Assembly: GCF_000039765.1 (NCBI RefSeq)
Contig: NC_004459.3
Span: forward strand, 1,920,001-1,952,000
Direction of reading: 5' to 3'
DNA: 32,000 bases
DNA from: Vibrio vulnificus CMCP6
Lineage (GTDB): Bacteria > Pseudomonadota > Gammaproteobacteria > Enterobacterales > Vibrionaceae
Below are positions 8,345-18,691 of this stretch, in pieces (position 1 is the first letter of the stretch; every line of letters starts with the position of its first letter). The notes under the pieces were generated by a model, which was not told the origin of the DNA, ran no database searches, and saw only the letters and a program-made list of their open reading frames with translations. A program made the translations under genes and the position numbers.

Positions 8345-9145
8345 ATGGCTAACGAGAGAAAACGTGGTTTTATCCGCCCTGGTGAAGATGATGCCGTTCC
8401 ACAACCTCAGCGTTGGGGATTGCCTGATTACGGCTCTGAGGTAAACAAGCAAGCCAAAGAAACGGCGTTTAACTACGATCCTGGCTGGATGCCTGACTTC
8501 GAACAGCCGGAAGAAGAAGCTGTCCTTGAGTTAACCGAAGAGCAAATCGAACTGATTAAGCAAGGCGCTTATCAGGAAGGTTTGTTCCAAGGTCAAGAAG
8601 CGGGCTTTAAACAAGGTTTTGATAAAGGCAAAGAAGAAGGTTTTCAAGCCGGTCATGAAGAAGGCCTTGAACAGGGTAAAAATGAAGGCATTGAAGCGGG
8701 TCAAGAACACATTAAGCAGCAGGTCGATACCTTTATTAATCTCGCTAACCAGTTTGCCCAGCCATTAGAGCTGATGAACAACCAAGTGGAAAAACAACTG
8801 GTGGATATGGTGTTGTGCTTGGTTAAAGAAGTGGTGCATGTCGAGGTGCAAACCAACCCGCAAGTGATCTTAGACACCGTGAAAGCCTCGGTTGAAAGTC
8901 TACCTATTGCCGGGCATCCCATTACGCTGCGCCTCAATCCCGAAGACGTCGACATTATCCGCTCTGCGTATGGCGAGGATGATCTCAACTTCCGCAACTG
9001 GACCTTACTCAGTGAACCAGCCCTGAACCGTGGCGATGTACAAATCGAAGCGGGCGAATCCAGCGTTAGCTACCGGATGGAAGAGCGCATCAAGCAAGTG
9101 ATACAGAATTTCTGTGGTAAGAATCGTCACCACGGAGGTGAATGA
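8345..9145 (+). CDS. fliH: Flagellar export apparatus protein FliH (FliI regulator)
   Basis: 266 aa. It has the glycine-spaced repeats typical of FliH ([44 protein letters not shown]). Its stop overlaps the fliI start by 4 nt (ATGA). Confidence 0.88.
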   Translation: MANERKRGFIRPGEDDAVPQPQRWGLPDYGSEVNKQAKETAFNYDPGWMPDFEQPEEEAVLELTEEQIELIKQGAYQEGLFQGQEAGFKQGFDKGKEEGFQAGHEEGLEQGKNEGIEAGQEHIKQQVDTFINLANQFAQPLELMNNQVEKQLVDMVLCLVKEVVHVEVQTNPQVILDTVKASVESLPIAGHPITLRLNPEDVDIIRSAYGEDDLNFRNWTLLSEPALNRGDVQIEAGESSVSYRMEERIKQVIQNFCGKNRHHGGE

Positions 9146-10467
9146 TGATTGCGCTAGCAGAGAGACTCAAAAGCTACAGAGTACAAGGCTTGGGCAGCCG
9201 TCCGGTCGCCTCAGGTAAACTGGTGCGTGTTGTCGGTCTAACGCTGGAAGCGACAGGGTGTCGAGCTCCCATCGGTAGTTTGTGTTTGGTGGAAACCATG
9301 ACAGGCCAGATGGAAGCCGAAGTTGTCGGCTTTTCGGGTGACAATCTATTTCTGATGCCGAGCGAGCAAATCGGTGGCATTTTGCCCGGCGCTAAAGTGA
9401 CGCCGTTAACCAGCGAAAGTGGTTTGCCTGTGGGCATGGAACTGCTAGGTCGTGTGATTGACGGTGTGGGCAACCCCTTGGATGGTTTAGGCCCAATTTA
9501 CACCGAACATCGCGCTTCTTTTAATGCAGAACCCATTAACCCCCTTGCGCGCAAACCCATTACCGAACCGCTCGATGTCGGCTTGAAAGCCATTAACGGC
9601 TTACTTACGGTGGGAAAAGGCCAACGTATCGGCCTGTTTGCGGGCTCTGGTGTGGGTAAATCGGTCACGCTAGGTATGATGACCCGTGGTACCACCGCCC
9701 AAGTGGTTGTGGTGGGATTAATCGGTGAACGTGGACGAGAAGTTAAAGAGTTCATCGAAGAAATTCTCGGTGAAGATGGACGCAAGCGTTCCGTCGTTGT
9801 CGCCGCGCCCGCGGATGCATCGCCGCTTATGCGCTTGAAAGGTTGTCAGACGGCCCTCACCATTGCGGAATATTTCCGTGATCAAGGGTTGGATGTGTTG
9901 CTCCTGATGGATTCATTGACACGCTTTGCTCAAGCGCAGCGTGAAATTGCACTGTCGGTCGGTGAACCGCCTGCCACCAAAGGTTATCCACCTTCGGTGT
10001 TTGCCAAATTGCCTGCGCTGGTGGAGCGCGCGGGTAATGGTGGTCCGCAACAAGGCTCGATCACCGCATTCTTTACCGTTTTAACGGAAGGCGATGACCT
10101 TCAAGACCCGATCGCAGACGCATCGCGCGCCATCTTGGATGGCCATATCGTCCTTTCACGTGAAATGGCCGATGCGGGTCATTATCCGGCGATTGACGTT
10201 GAGAAGTCCGTGAGCCGAGTCATGCCACAAATCACTACCGAAGAGCATGTGTTGATGTCGAAAGCGGTGCGCCAAGTGTTGTCTATTTGTCGTAAAAACC
10301 AAGATTTGGTGTCGATTGGCGCTTATAAACCGGGTACCGATCCGGCTATAGACAGTGCTTTCACATTGAAGCCGAAGTTGGACGAATACTTGCAACAACG
10401 GATGAAAGAAACCGTGCCTTACGCCATGTGTGTCAACATGTTGAAGAACGTGCTTGGAGTGCAGTAA
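9142..10467 (+). CDS. fliI: Flagellum-specific type III export ATPase FliI
   Basis: 441 aa. It has Walker A GSGVGKS and Walker [13 protein letters not shown] and is F1-ATPase beta-like throughout. Confidence 0.95.
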   Translation: MMIALAERLKSYRVQGLGSRPVASGKLVRVVGLTLEATGCRAPIGSLCLVETMTGQMEAEVVGFSGDNLFLMPSEQIGGILPGAKVTPLTSESGLPVGMELLGRVIDGVGNPLDGLGPIYTEHRASFNAEPINPLARKPITEPLDVGLKAINGLLTVGKGQRIGLFAGSGVGKSVTLGMMTRGTTAQVVVVGLIGERGREVKEFIEEILGEDGRKRSVVVAAPADASPLMRLKGCQTALTIAEYFRDQGLDVLLLMDSLTRFAQAQREIALSVGEPPATKGYPPSVFAKLPALVERAGNGGPQQGSITAFFTVLTEGDDLQDPIADASRAILDGHIVLSREMADAGHYPAIDVEKSVSRVMPQITTEEHVLMSKAVRQVLSICRKNQDLVSIGAYKPGTDPAIDSAFTLKPKLDEYLQQRMKETVPYAMCVNMLKNVLGVQ

Positions 10468-10470
10468 TCG

Positions 10471-10908
10471 ATGGAAAACGCAATGGACTTTCTGCTTGAG
10501 CAGACCAAAGAGAAAGAAAACCAAGCGGTGATGGCGCTGAATAAGGCGAAATCGGAGCTGGAAGGTTACTATACTCAATTGGCTCAAATTGAAAAGTATC
10601 GCCTGGATTATTGCCAACAGCTCGTCGAGCGAGGGCAAAATGGTTTAACGGCCAGCCAGTTTGTTCATTTGCATCGATTTCTCGGTAAACTGGATGAAAC
10701 GCTCTCTAAGCAAAAGCAAGCAGAAACACAATTTAAACAACAAGTTGAAAACTGTGAACATTATTGGCTAGAAGTGCGCAAGCAACGAAAATCCTACGAG
10801 TGGATGATTGAGAAAAAACAGCAAGAGAAACTCAAAGCAGAAGCAAAGCGAGAGCAGAAACAGATGGATGAGTTTTCAACCTTGCTCTATTCACGCGGCG
10901 CTAAATGA
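10471..10908 (+). CDS. fliJ: Flagellar export chaperone/stalk protein FliJ
   Basis: 145 aa. It is a charged coiled-coil protein located directly after fliI. Confidence 0.85.
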   Translation: MENAMDFLLEQTKEKENQAVMALNKAKSELEGYYTQLAQIEKYRLDYCQQLVERGQNGLTASQFVHLHRFLGKLDETLSKQKQAETQFKQQVENCEHYWLEVRKQRKSYEWMIEKKQQEKLKAEAKREQKQMDEFSTLLYSRGAK

Positions 10909-10914
10909 GAGAAG

Positions 10915-10930
10915 TGGCTTGCTTTTTGCA
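10915..10930 (+). promoter_or_regulatory. Sigma-54 (-24/-12) promoter for the fliK operon
   Basis: TGGCTTGCTTTTTGCA has GG at 10916-10917 and GC at 10928-10929, the exact consensus spacing. It lies 80 nt upstream of the fliK ATG. Confidence 0.78.
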
Positions 10931-10942
10931 GGCTATTTTTTT
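10916..10942 (+). terminator. Candidate rho-independent terminator of the fliE-J transcript, overlapping the fliK promoter
   Basis: GGCTTGC (10916-10922) pairs with GCAGGCT (10928-10934) with two G-U pairs around a TTTTT loop. This is followed by A and then T7 (10936-10942). Confidence 0.45.
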
Positions 10943-11009
10943 AGCTCAATACCAAGGCTGGAAAGCATTGGATTTTAACCCATTTTAGCGCGGCTAAGAG
11001 ACTCGAATT

Positions 11010-13055
11010 ATGAATGTGAATCTGCAACCCGTTTCCACGACAGCAAAGACCGCCAGTCAAAGTGGCGAAAGTTTGGCTGCAACCACCACGGCCGACTCGA
11101 CGGACTCCAAAGGTTTTTTGCAGACCCTTTCTGAAGTCTTCTCCTCTGGAAAAACGGAAGCGGACGGCAATATCGCAGCAAAAGCATCGCAAGGCGTTCA
11201 ATCGGAAGGCGTTAAAGGGAGCAGTGCTCTTGATGACACTGCTGAGACCAGTGAGGCAAAGGTTGGCCCATCAGATAGTTCGGTTGATGAGGTGTTAGAG
11301 CTTGAGTCAGAAGCAGACCTCTCTTCGTCCCAGCGCGTGGCCGAATCGAAATTAGACCAAGACTCTTCAGCAGTACTTAGCAGTGAAGATGACAAATCGA
11401 ATCAATCGCTTAGTCGCGTAAATACAGACAGTGATGTATTGAAAGGCGCTCCTGCCGCAGCAAAAGACACCGTGGCACAAGATGACAACGCTAAGCAAGC
11501 GGTGATGCAGGAAGGCTCCAAAATTCTAGGTCAGTTAGAACAGTCGAATGCGGCGCTGAAAGAGACAAGTGGCAAAGGCTTGCCACAAAACGCATCGCCA
11601 GACATTGAATCGAGCGCAGCCATTGCAGCGGCATCGACTTCTGTGCAGCCACAACGTGATGCACTCGATGACGAACAAGCGTTGATTGCGGCCCAACAAG
11701 GGCAAAGCTTGTCCCACTATTCCGCGCATCTTGATCAACAGGCAGTTAGTCAAGCACAACCTATTGATGCTGCTCATCAAGCTCAGATCATCAACGCGCA
11801 AGTGGCCGAGAATGAATTGCCACAAGATTGGCGCGAGGTGATGCCGCAGCCTCAAGCGGGAAACCTTGCTAATAGTGCGGCACTCGACAAGGATGTTCAG
11901 CCAAGTGCTGATATGGATCCACAAGCGTTGCTTGTTAGCAGCGCCATGGGCGTCAACTCGGTGAAAAATAGTGCAACGTCATCAAGTGAAACACCACAAG
12001 TGGTGTCACTTGAGTTGTTAGTGGTCATTGAGCAAAAATTAGCGGCGGCGCAACCTTTAAGTGCGCCTGAGCAAAAAATTCTCGATGGTTTGAAATCGGG
12101 TCAAATGGTGGCGGATTTCCCCCCATCAGAATGGACGACAAGATTACCTGTTATCGCGGCCACCACTCAGCCGCAACTTACTCCTTCGGAAGGGGGGAGT
12201 GAACGACATGCCATTGATTGGACGTCGCCTCAATCCGCTCAGCCAAAGCATCAAGATAGCGCCGCTGCCAAAACGGCAGGCAGCGCAGCATTAGCGCAAG
12301 CGGTGCATACGGCACTTGCTCAGCCCAATACGGCCACAACTGTCCCATTGAGCGCAGACAAAGCCGCTATGGTTCTGCCTGATGGCATGACGGCGAATAC
12401 GATACCAACCGCGTTTAATCCTGCCGCGTCTCCGGATGTGGCTAAATCTCAAGTGCAATCGATGCAGGCGGCATTAGCGGCGGCTGGCCTTGCTAGCGTA
12501 AAAGGCTCATCGAAGCAAACAAGTACTGAGGCTCAGGGCGCTCAACCCACGGCCTCTCTCTACAGTGCGCAGACAGTGACAGGACAAACGAGAGCAGAGA
12601 ACGTCGCAGCTCAACAACCGTCAATGCCATTAACGCGAGAGTTAGCGAATGAGCAGGTGGCAGAAAAAGTGCAAATGATGATGTCAAAGAACCTCAAACA
12701 ACTTGATATTCGTCTGGACCCACCGGAGCTTGGCCGCATGCAAATCCGCATGACGATGAACAATGACATCGCCAACGTGCATTTCACTGTCACCAACCCG
12801 CAAGCGCGTGACATCATTGAACAAACATTGCCAAGACTGCGGGAAATGCTCGCCCAACAAGGGATGCAATTGGCCGATTCGTCGGTTCAACAGCAAGCCT
12901 CTGGTCAGCAGCAGAGACAATACAGTGCTGATGGACAAGGGAATGGACAACAAAGCAGCAGATTTGCCTCTTCAAATGAGGAAAACCTTGAGGCTGACGT
13001 TAAACTTGACTTAAATGTCACATCAAAGCGTGATGGAATCAGTTTTTACGCATAA
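11010..13055 (+). CDS. fliK: Flagellar hook-length control protein FliK
   Basis: 681 aa. The N-terminal and central region is long, low-complexity and rich in S/A/Q/D. The C-terminal domain is conserved (LDIRLDPPELGRMQIRMTMNNDIANVHFTVTNPQARDIIEQTLPRLREMLAQQG). Confidence 0.88.
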   Translation: MNVNLQPVSTTAKTASQSGESLAATTTADSTDSKGFLQTLSEVFSSGKTEADGNIAAKASQGVQSEGVKGSSALDDTAETSEAKVGPSDSSVDEVLELESEADLSSSQRVAESKLDQDSSAVLSSEDDKSNQSLSRVNTDSDVLKGAPAAAKDTVAQDDNAKQAVMQEGSKILGQLEQSNAALKETSGKGLPQNASPDIESSAAIAAASTSVQPQRDALDDEQALIAAQQGQSLSHYSAHLDQQAVSQAQPIDAAHQAQIINAQVAENELPQDWREVMPQPQAGNLANSAALDKDVQPSADMDPQALLVSSAMGVNSVKNSATSSSETPQVVSLELLVVIEQKLAAAQPLSAPEQKILDGLKSGQMVADFPPSEWTTRLPVIAATTQPQLTPSEGGSERHAIDWTSPQSAQPKHQDSAAAKTAGSAALAQAVHTALAQPNTATTVPLSADKAAMVLPDGMTANTIPTAFNPAASPDVAKSQVQSMQAALAAAGLASVKGSSKQTSTEAQGAQPTASLYSAQTVTGQTRAENVAAQQPSMPLTRELANEQVAEKVQMMMSKNLKQLDIRLDPPELGRMQIRMTMNNDIANVHFTVTNPQARDIIEQTLPRLREMLAQQGMQLADSSVQQQASGQQQRQYSADGQGNGQQSSRFASSNEENLEADVKLDLNVTSKRDGISFYA

Positions 13056-13091
13056 AATACAAATTGTTAAGTTTGATAGGTAGAGCAGCTC

Positions 13092-13589
13092 ATGGCAGAA
13101 GAATTGCAAAACGGTGAAGAAGCACCAAAAGGGAAAAGTAAACTTCTAATCATCATCATTGCTGTGGTGGTATTACTCGCCGGTGGCGGTGGTGCTGCGT
13201 TCTTTTTGATGGGATCGGATCCTGCAGAAGAGGAAGCCGCTGCACAAGTCCAAGCTCAGCCTGTTGAAGCGCCCATCGCATACGTTAATATCGCTCAGCC
13301 ATTCGTGTTTAACGTCACGGGTGACAACCGCAATCGAATGGTACAGATCAAAGTGCAGTTGATGGTTCGTGGTACAGAAAATGAAAACCTTGCCCGTTAC
13401 CATTCGCCGTTGATTGAAAGTTCATTGCTATCAACGTTTGCTTCGGCAACGGTTGAGCAGTTGCGTTCACCTACTGGTCGAACGGAGCTACGTGATAAAG
13501 CCACAGATGACATTAAAGCAGCGCTGACGAAATCGGTAGGTCAGCCTGTGATTGAGAAAGTATTGTTTACCGACTTTGTGATTCAGTAG
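13092..13589 (+). CDS. fliL: Flagellar basal body-associated protein FliL
   Basis: 165 aa. It has a single N-terminal transmembrane helix (LLIIIIAVVVLLAGGGGAAFFLM) and the FliL core (YVNIAQPFVFNV..VQIKVQLMV). Confidence 0.88.
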   Translation: MAEELQNGEEAPKGKSKLLIIIIAVVVLLAGGGGAAFFLMGSDPAEEEAAAQVQAQPVEAPIAYVNIAQPFVFNVTGDNRNRMVQIKVQLMVRGTENENLARYHSPLIESSLLSTFASATVEQLRSPTGRTELRDKATDDIKAALTKSVGQPVIEKVLFTDFVIQ

Positions 13590-13596
13590 GTATAGC

Positions 13597-14640
13597 GTGA
13601 CCGATCTATTAAGCCAAGACGAGATTGATGCGCTCCTTCATGGGGTGGATGATGTCGATGAGATAGACGAGCCGATAGAGGATGATCTAGGCAGCGCCGT
13701 CAATTTCGATTTCTCCTCGCAAGATAGGATTGTTCGTGGTCGCATGCCGACCTTGGAACTGATCAATGAACGTTTTGCTCGTCATATGCGCATCAGTTTG
13801 TTCAACATGTTGAGAAAAACCGCCGAAGTCTCGATCAACGGCGTGCAAATGATGAAGTTTGGTGAATACCAAAACACGCTATACGTACCCACCAGTTTGA
13901 ACATGGTTCGCTTCAGGCCGTTAAAAGGCACCGCTTTGATCACCATGGAAGCGCGTTTGGTGTTTATTCTGGTAGAGAACTTTTTTGGTGGCGATGGTCG
14001 CTTCCACGCCAAAATTGAAGGTCGCGAATTTACCCCAACAGAGCGACGTATCATACAGCTTCTACTGAAAATCGTATTTGAAGACTACAAAGAAGCTTGG
14101 TCGCCTGTGATGGGGGTAGAATTTGAGTATCTCGACTCGGAAGTGAACCCGAGTATGGCGAACATTGTTAGCCCAACCGAAGTGATTGTCGTGAGTTCGT
14201 TCCATATCGAAGTGGACGGCGGCGGCGGTGACTTCCATGTGGTCATGCCGTATTCCATGGTCGAGCCGATCCGGGAATTGCTTGATGCGGGTGTGCAATC
14301 GGACAAAATGGAAACGGACGTACGTTGGAGCTCTGCTCTGCGTGAAGAAATCATGGATTGTCCGGTGAATTTCCGTGTCAATTTGTTGGAGAAAGATATC
14401 TCGCTGCGCGATTTGATGGAACTTCGACCTGGGGACGTCATTCCGATTGAAATGCCTAAGCACGCCGTGATGTTTGTAGAAGAACTACCCACTTACCGCG
14501 TGAAAATGGGGCAGTCTAACGAGAAGCTGGCGGTGCAAATTTCCGAAGAAATTGAACGCCCTCATGTGGTGAAAACCGATTTAACTTTCTTAGGTAAAGA
14601 CATCATGTCTGAACTAGAAAGTGACGACGATGATGATTAA
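13597..14640 (+). CDS. fliM: Flagellar motor switch protein FliM
   Basis: 347 aa with a GTG start. The N-terminal CheY-P-binding peptide LSQDEIDALL is present, along with the conserved middle domain and a C-terminal SpoA-like domain. Confidence 0.95.
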   Translation: MTDLLSQDEIDALLHGVDDVDEIDEPIEDDLGSAVNFDFSSQDRIVRGRMPTLELINERFARHMRISLFNMLRKTAEVSINGVQMMKFGEYQNTLYVPTSLNMVRFRPLKGTALITMEARLVFILVENFFGGDGRFHAKIEGREFTPTERRIIQLLLKIVFEDYKEAWSPVMGVEFEYLDSEVNPSMANIVSPTEVIVVSSFHIEVDGGGGDFHVVMPYSMVEPIRELLDAGVQSDKMETDVRWSSALREEIMDCPVNFRVNLLEKDISLRDLMELRPGDVIPIEMPKHAVMFVEELPTYRVKMGQSNEKLAVQISEEIERPHVVKTDLTFLGKDIMSELESDDDDD

Positions 14641-14709
14641 TGCTCGCGACTGAGAGCAAAATGTTCGTCTAGTATTGAGTTAAATAGTAAGTAAAAACAG
14701 GATAGTAAA

Positions 14710-15120
14710 ATGGCATCAAGTGAAGATGAAAGGCTAGCGGCAGAATGGGCAGCAGCTTTGGGTGAAGATCCCGCAGCGCCTGAAATTGATGTTGACGAAG
14801 TATTGGCAGCGCCATTAGAAGAGTTGAAAGATACCTCTGCGCCGATCACCGCCGATGAGCGCCGCAAACTGGATACCATTATGGATATTCCAGTGACGAT
14901 TTCGATGGAAGTGGGCCGCTCACAAATCAGCATTCGTAACTTACTTCAGCTTAACCAAGGTTCGGTAGTCGAACTGGATCGTCTGGCTGGTGAGTCGCTC
15001 GACGTATTGGTCAACGGTACGTTGATCGCCCACGGAGAGGTTGTTGTGGTCAACGATAAGTTTGGTATCCGTCTCACCGATGTGATCAGCCAAACTGAAC
15101 GTATCAAAAAACTGCGTTAA
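14710..15120 (+). CDS. fliN: Flagellar motor switch protein FliN
   Basis: 136 aa. The SpoA domain is ISMEVGRSQISIRNLLQLNQGSVVELDRLAGESLDVLVNGTLIAHGEVVVVNDKFGIRLTDV. Confidence 0.95.
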   Translation: MASSEDERLAAEWAAALGEDPAAPEIDVDEVLAAPLEELKDTSAPITADERRKLDTIMDIPVTISMEVGRSQISIRNLLQLNQGSVVELDRLAGESLDVLVNGTLIAHGEVVVVNDKFGIRLTDVISQTERIKKLR

Positions 15121-15542
15121 TGCTTATGAGACCAAGCCGTTATCGCCATCGCTTATTTGGTCTTACAGGAGCACTGGTCGCCATGACGAGTGCTCCTCGT
15201 GTTTGGGCCGCGCCCCAAGCGCCGGAGCTTGACCTTGCCACCACGTTTGCTTCTCTTCTCCTCGTTATCGCTTTTATTCTCTTTTTAGCTTGGCTGATGA
15301 AGCGCATCCAAACGCCAGCATTCGGCCAGAAACACGGCCTAAAAGTGGTGAGCCAAATTGCGGTGGGGACACGAGAGCGCATCGCCGTTGTTCAGGCGGG
15401 GGAAGAACAATTTTTAGTGGGCATCACCAGTCAGTCTATCCAGCTGATTGCAAAATTAGAGCATCCGTTAAAACAGGAGGAGTTGGCTAAAACGGCATTT
15501 GCACAACAATTTAGCCAGCTACTGAAAAAGAATGAACAATAA
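15120..15542 (+). CDS. fliO: Flagellar biosynthesis protein FliO
   Basis: 140 aa. It has one transmembrane helix ([18 protein letters not shown]) and sits between fliN and fliP. The start is ATG 15120 (TAATG overlap with fliN), with ATG 15126 as an alternative. Confidence 0.8.
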   Translation: MLMRPSRYRHRLFGLTGALVAMTSAPRVWAAPQAPELDLATTFASLLLVIAFILFLAWLMKRIQTPAFGQKHGLKVVSQIAVGTRERIAVVQAGEEQFLVGITSQSIQLIAKLEHPLKQEELAKTAFAQQFSQLLKKNEQ

Positions 15543-16401
15543 GCAACTTCTGACCACGTTTTGGCTATCACTCAGCTTACTGATGGCATCCCTATTTTCC
15601 TTTTCGGCTTGGGCACAAGCGGAAGAGACCGCGTTGCCAGCCAATCTTGCACCGGGCGGTAGTGTGACGGTTTCACAAATGCAGAGTGACACCAGTAAGA
15701 GTGAATTTATGAGTGTGGGTAGCGGAGGCGGTATCCCAGCTTTCACCATGACCACTAACCCTGACGGCAGTGAAGACTACTCGGTCACGTTGCAGATTTT
15801 AGCGTTAATGACCATGCTTGGCTTCTTGCCAGCGATGGTGATTTTGATGACCTCATTCACCCGGATTGTGGTGGTGATGTCGATTTTGCGGCAGGCTATG
15901 GGTCTGCAACAAACGCCGTCAAACCAGGTCATTATTGGTATCGCACTTTTCTTAACCTTTTTTATTATGTCGCCCGTGATTAACGAAGTGAATGAACAAG
16001 CGGTTCAACCGTACCTGAATGAGCAGCTCACCGCACGCGAAGCGTTTGATGCCGCACAAGGGCCAATGAAAGCGTTCATGCTCAAGCAAACACGCGTGAA
16101 AGATCTCGAGACATTCGTCAATATGTCAGGAGAGCAGGCAACCAATCCCGAAGACGTTTCTATGGCGGTGTTGATCCCCGCGTTTATCACCTCTGAGCTG
16201 AAAACCGCATTCCAAATCGGATTCATGCTGTTTTTGCCGTTCCTTATCATTGACCTTGTGGTGGCTTCGGTATTGATGGCGATGGGTATGATGATGTTGT
16301 CACCGATGATCGTCTCGCTGCCGTTTAAGCTGATGTTGTTCGTGTTAGTCGATGGCTGGAACCTGATCCTTTCCACTCTCGCAGGCAGTTTTGCCTTATA
16401 G
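15532..16401 (+). CDS. fliP: Flagellar type III export gate protein FliP
   Basis: 289 aa. It has a signal peptide, four transmembrane segments and conserved segments such as [16 protein letters not shown]. It overlaps fliO by 11 nt. Confidence 0.95.
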   Translation: MNNKQLLTTFWLSLSLLMASLFSFSAWAQAEETALPANLAPGGSVTVSQMQSDTSKSEFMSVGSGGGIPAFTMTTNPDGSEDYSVTLQILALMTMLGFLPAMVILMTSFTRIVVVMSILRQAMGLQQTPSNQVIIGIALFLTFFIMSPVINEVNEQAVQPYLNEQLTAREAFDAAQGPMKAFMLKQTRVKDLETFVNMSGEQATNPEDVSMAVLIPAFITSELKTAFQIGFMLFLPFLIIDLVVASVLMAMGMMMLSPMIVSLPFKLMLFVLVDGWNLILSTLAGSFAL

Positions 16402-16416
16402 CGGTAAGGAGACGCA

Positions 16417-16686
16417 ATGACACCTGAAGTTTTTGTTGAGCTGTTTCGTGAAGCACTGTGGATGGTTCTCATCATGGTGTGTGCCATCATTATTCCCAGT
16501 TTGTTGGTGGGTTTGATTGTGGCAATTTTTCAGGCGGCGACCTCGATCAACGAACAAACCCTGAGCTTTTTGCCACGTCTGATTGTGACTTTATTAGCGC
16601 TAATGCTCTTTGGCCATTGGATGACACAGATGTTGATGGAGTACTTTTTCGCGCTAGTGGAACGTTTTCCGCAAGTTCTGTACTAG
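16417..16686 (+). CDS. fliQ: Flagellar type III export gate protein FliQ
   Basis: 89 aa with two transmembrane segments and the conserved segment FQAATSINEQTLSFLPRL. Confidence 0.93.
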   Translation: MTPEVFVELFREALWMVLIMVCAIIIPSLLVGLIVAIFQAATSINEQTLSFLPRLIVTLLALMLFGHWMTQMLMEYFFALVERFPQVLY

Positions 16687-16698
16687 GCGGGAGGAGCG

Positions 16699-17481
16699 AT
16701 GGAATATCCAACCACCATTATTCTGGACTGGATAGCCAACTATTTTTGGCCTTTCACTCGTATCTCATCCATGCTGATGGTGATGACGGTGACGGGTGCG
16801 CGTTTTGTTTCTCCTCGAATTCGTCTCTACCTTAGCCTTGCCATCACCTTGGCCTTAATGCCAGCGATTCCGGCGGTGCCAGAAGAGCTCCAACTGCTCT
16901 CATTTCAAGGCTTTTTGACCACCTTTGAGCAAATTGTTATTGGTGTAGCAATGGGGATGGTGACGCAATTTATCATCCAAACCTTTGTCCTGCTGGGTCA
17001 GATTTTGGGTATGCAATCGAGTTTGGGTTTCGCATCCATGGTGGACCCGGCCAATGGTCAAAACACGCCGTTGCTTGGTCAGTTGTTTATGTTCCTGTCG
17101 ACCATGTTTTTCCTCGCCACCGATGGTCACTTGAAAATGCTGCAATTGGTGCTGTTTAGCTTCAAAACCTTGCCCATAGGCAGTGGTTCATTGAATGCGG
17201 TTGATTTTCGTGAACTGGCGTTGTGGCTGGGCATCATGTTCAAAACGGCGCTGAGTATGTCACTCTCGGGTATCATTGCGCTGCTGACCATCAACCTCTC
17301 CTTCGGGGTGATGACCCGAGCCGCACCGCAGCTGAACATTTTCTCTCTCGGTTTTGCTTTCGCCTTGTTGGTGGGGTTACTGATTTGTTGGTACATCTTG
17401 GCTGGCTTATACAGCCATTATGAGCTGTACTGGTTGCAAGGCGAACAGCAGGTTTGCCGATTTATTCGCTTGAATTGCTAG
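16699..17481 (+). CDS. fliR: Flagellar type III export gate protein FliR
   Basis: 260 aa. It is a polytopic membrane protein located between fliQ and flhB. Confidence 0.92.
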   Translation: MEYPTTIILDWIANYFWPFTRISSMLMVMTVTGARFVSPRIRLYLSLAITLALMPAIPAVPEELQLLSFQGFLTTFEQIVIGVAMGMVTQFIIQTFVLLGQILGMQSSLGFASMVDPANGQNTPLLGQLFMFLSTMFFLATDGHLKMLQLVLFSFKTLPIGSGSLNAVDFRELALWLGIMFKTALSMSLSGIIALLTINLSFGVMTRAAPQLNIFSLGFAFALLVGLLICWYILAGLYSHYELYWLQGEQQVCRFIRLNC

Positions 17482-17490
17482 GAGGCTGGT

Positions 17491-18621
17491 TTGGCAGAGT
17501 CAGACGGTCAAGAACGTACCGAAGAAGCCACGCCCCGACGGTTACAACAAGCGCGGGAAAAAGGCCAAGTTGCACGCTCAAAAGAGCTGGCTTCTGTGTC
17601 TGTATTGGTGATTGGTGCCGTTTCCCTGATGTGGTTCGGTGAAAGCCTCGCAAGGGCGTTGTTCAAAGCGATGGGACGTTTGTTTAGCCTCTCTCGTGAA
17701 GAAATTTTTGACCCCAGTAAGCTGTTTGATATTGCCAGTGGCGCATTAAGCGCTTTGCTCCTTCCTCTGCTGCTTATTTTGTTTGCGCTCTTTGTCGCTG
17801 CTGCAATTGGTTCCGCCGGCGTTGGTGGCATCAGTTTTTCAGTGGAAGCGGCGACGCCAAAATTATCGAAAATGAACCCACTGAGCGGTATCAAGCGTAT
17901 GTTTGGCTTGCAAAGTTGGGTTGAGCTCATCAAATCAATTTTGAAAGTCGCGTTGGTAACGGGCGTAGCGATCTACCTAATTCAAGCTTCACAGGAAGAC
18001 TTAATCCAACTCAGTTTGGATGTCTATCCGCAGAATATTTTCCACGCTTTGGACATTTTGTTGAACTTCGTTTTGCTGATCAGTTGCTCGTTGTTGATTG
18101 TGGTGGCGATCGACATTCCTTTTCAGATTTGGCAACACGCTGACCAACTGAAAATGACCAAGCAAGAAGTGAAAGATGAATACAAAGACACCGAAGGTAA
18201 GCCTGAGGTCAAAGGCCGTATCCGTATGTTGCAACGCGAAGCTGCTCAGCGACGTATGATGGCGGACGTTCCAACTGCGGATGTGATTGTGACCAACCCG
18301 GAGCACTTTTCTGTTGCACTGCGTTATAAGCAGAACAGCGACAGAGCGCCAGTGGTAGTGGCGAAAGGGACGGATCACATGGCGATGAAAATACGTGAAG
18401 TGGCGCGCGAGCACGACATTTCTATTGTGCCAGCGCCACCATTGGCGCGTGCGCTCTATTATTCAACCGAGCTTGAACAGCAGATCCCTGATGGTCTATT
18501 TACCGCGGTTGCACAAATACTGGCTTACGTGTTCCAGTTGAAACAGTACCGGAAACGGGGCGGCCATCGGCCGAAACTGCAAGACTATGATCTGCCGATT
18601 CCACCCGATCTCAGACATTGA
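17491..18621 (+). CDS. flhB: Flagellar export switch protein FlhB
   Basis: 376 aa with a TTG start 5 nt after AGGAGG. The N-terminus is MAESDGQERTEEATPRRLQQAREKGQVARSKEL, and the autocleavage motif NPEH is present (VTNPEHFSVAL). Confidence 0.93.
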   Translation: MAESDGQERTEEATPRRLQQAREKGQVARSKELASVSVLVIGAVSLMWFGESLARALFKAMGRLFSLSREEIFDPSKLFDIASGALSALLLPLLLILFALFVAAAIGSAGVGGISFSVEAATPKLSKMNPLSGIKRMFGLQSWVELIKSILKVALVTGVAIYLIQASQEDLIQLSLDVYPQNIFHALDILLNFVLLISCSLLIVVAIDIPFQIWQHADQLKMTKQEVKDEYKDTEGKPEVKGRIRMLQREAAQRRMMADVPTADVIVTNPEHFSVALRYKQNSDRAPVVVAKGTDHMAMKIREVAREHDISIVPAPPLARALYYSTELEQQIPDGLFTAVAQILAYVFQLKQYRKRGGHRPKLQDYDLPIPPDLRH

Positions 18622-18675
18622 TAGTCGGCGATTCTTTTGTTCTTAAGTCTCTTGTCATTATTTTGGCGCATGAGC

Positions 18676-18691
18676 TGGTATAGAGATTGCT
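18676..18691 (+). promoter_or_regulatory. Sigma-54 (-24/-12) promoter for flhA
   Basis: TGGTATAGAGATTGCT has GG at 18677-18678 and GC at 18689-18690, the exact consensus spacing. It lies 91 nt upstream of the flhA ATG. Confidence 0.7.

Noticed and set aside
8142-8444. A 100-aa + strand ORF bridging the fliG end, the spacer and the fliH start.
   Set aside because: It is out of frame with both recognised genes, has no family resemblance, and overlaps two real coding sequences. It is most likely a chance open frame.
8561-8704. A periodic Gly/Glu repeat in FliH ([44 protein letters not shown]).
   Set aside because: Glycine-spaced (AxxxG/GxxxG-type) repeats are a known hallmark of FliH/YscL-family proteins and are not an anomaly of this locus.
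11010-12600. The long low-complexity N-terminal and central part of fliK (rich in S, A, Q and D), which could suggest a fused or degenerate gene.
   Set aside because: FliK proteins are characteristically long, disordered molecular rulers with only the C-terminal domain conserved. The frame is intact and the conserved C-terminal domain is present.
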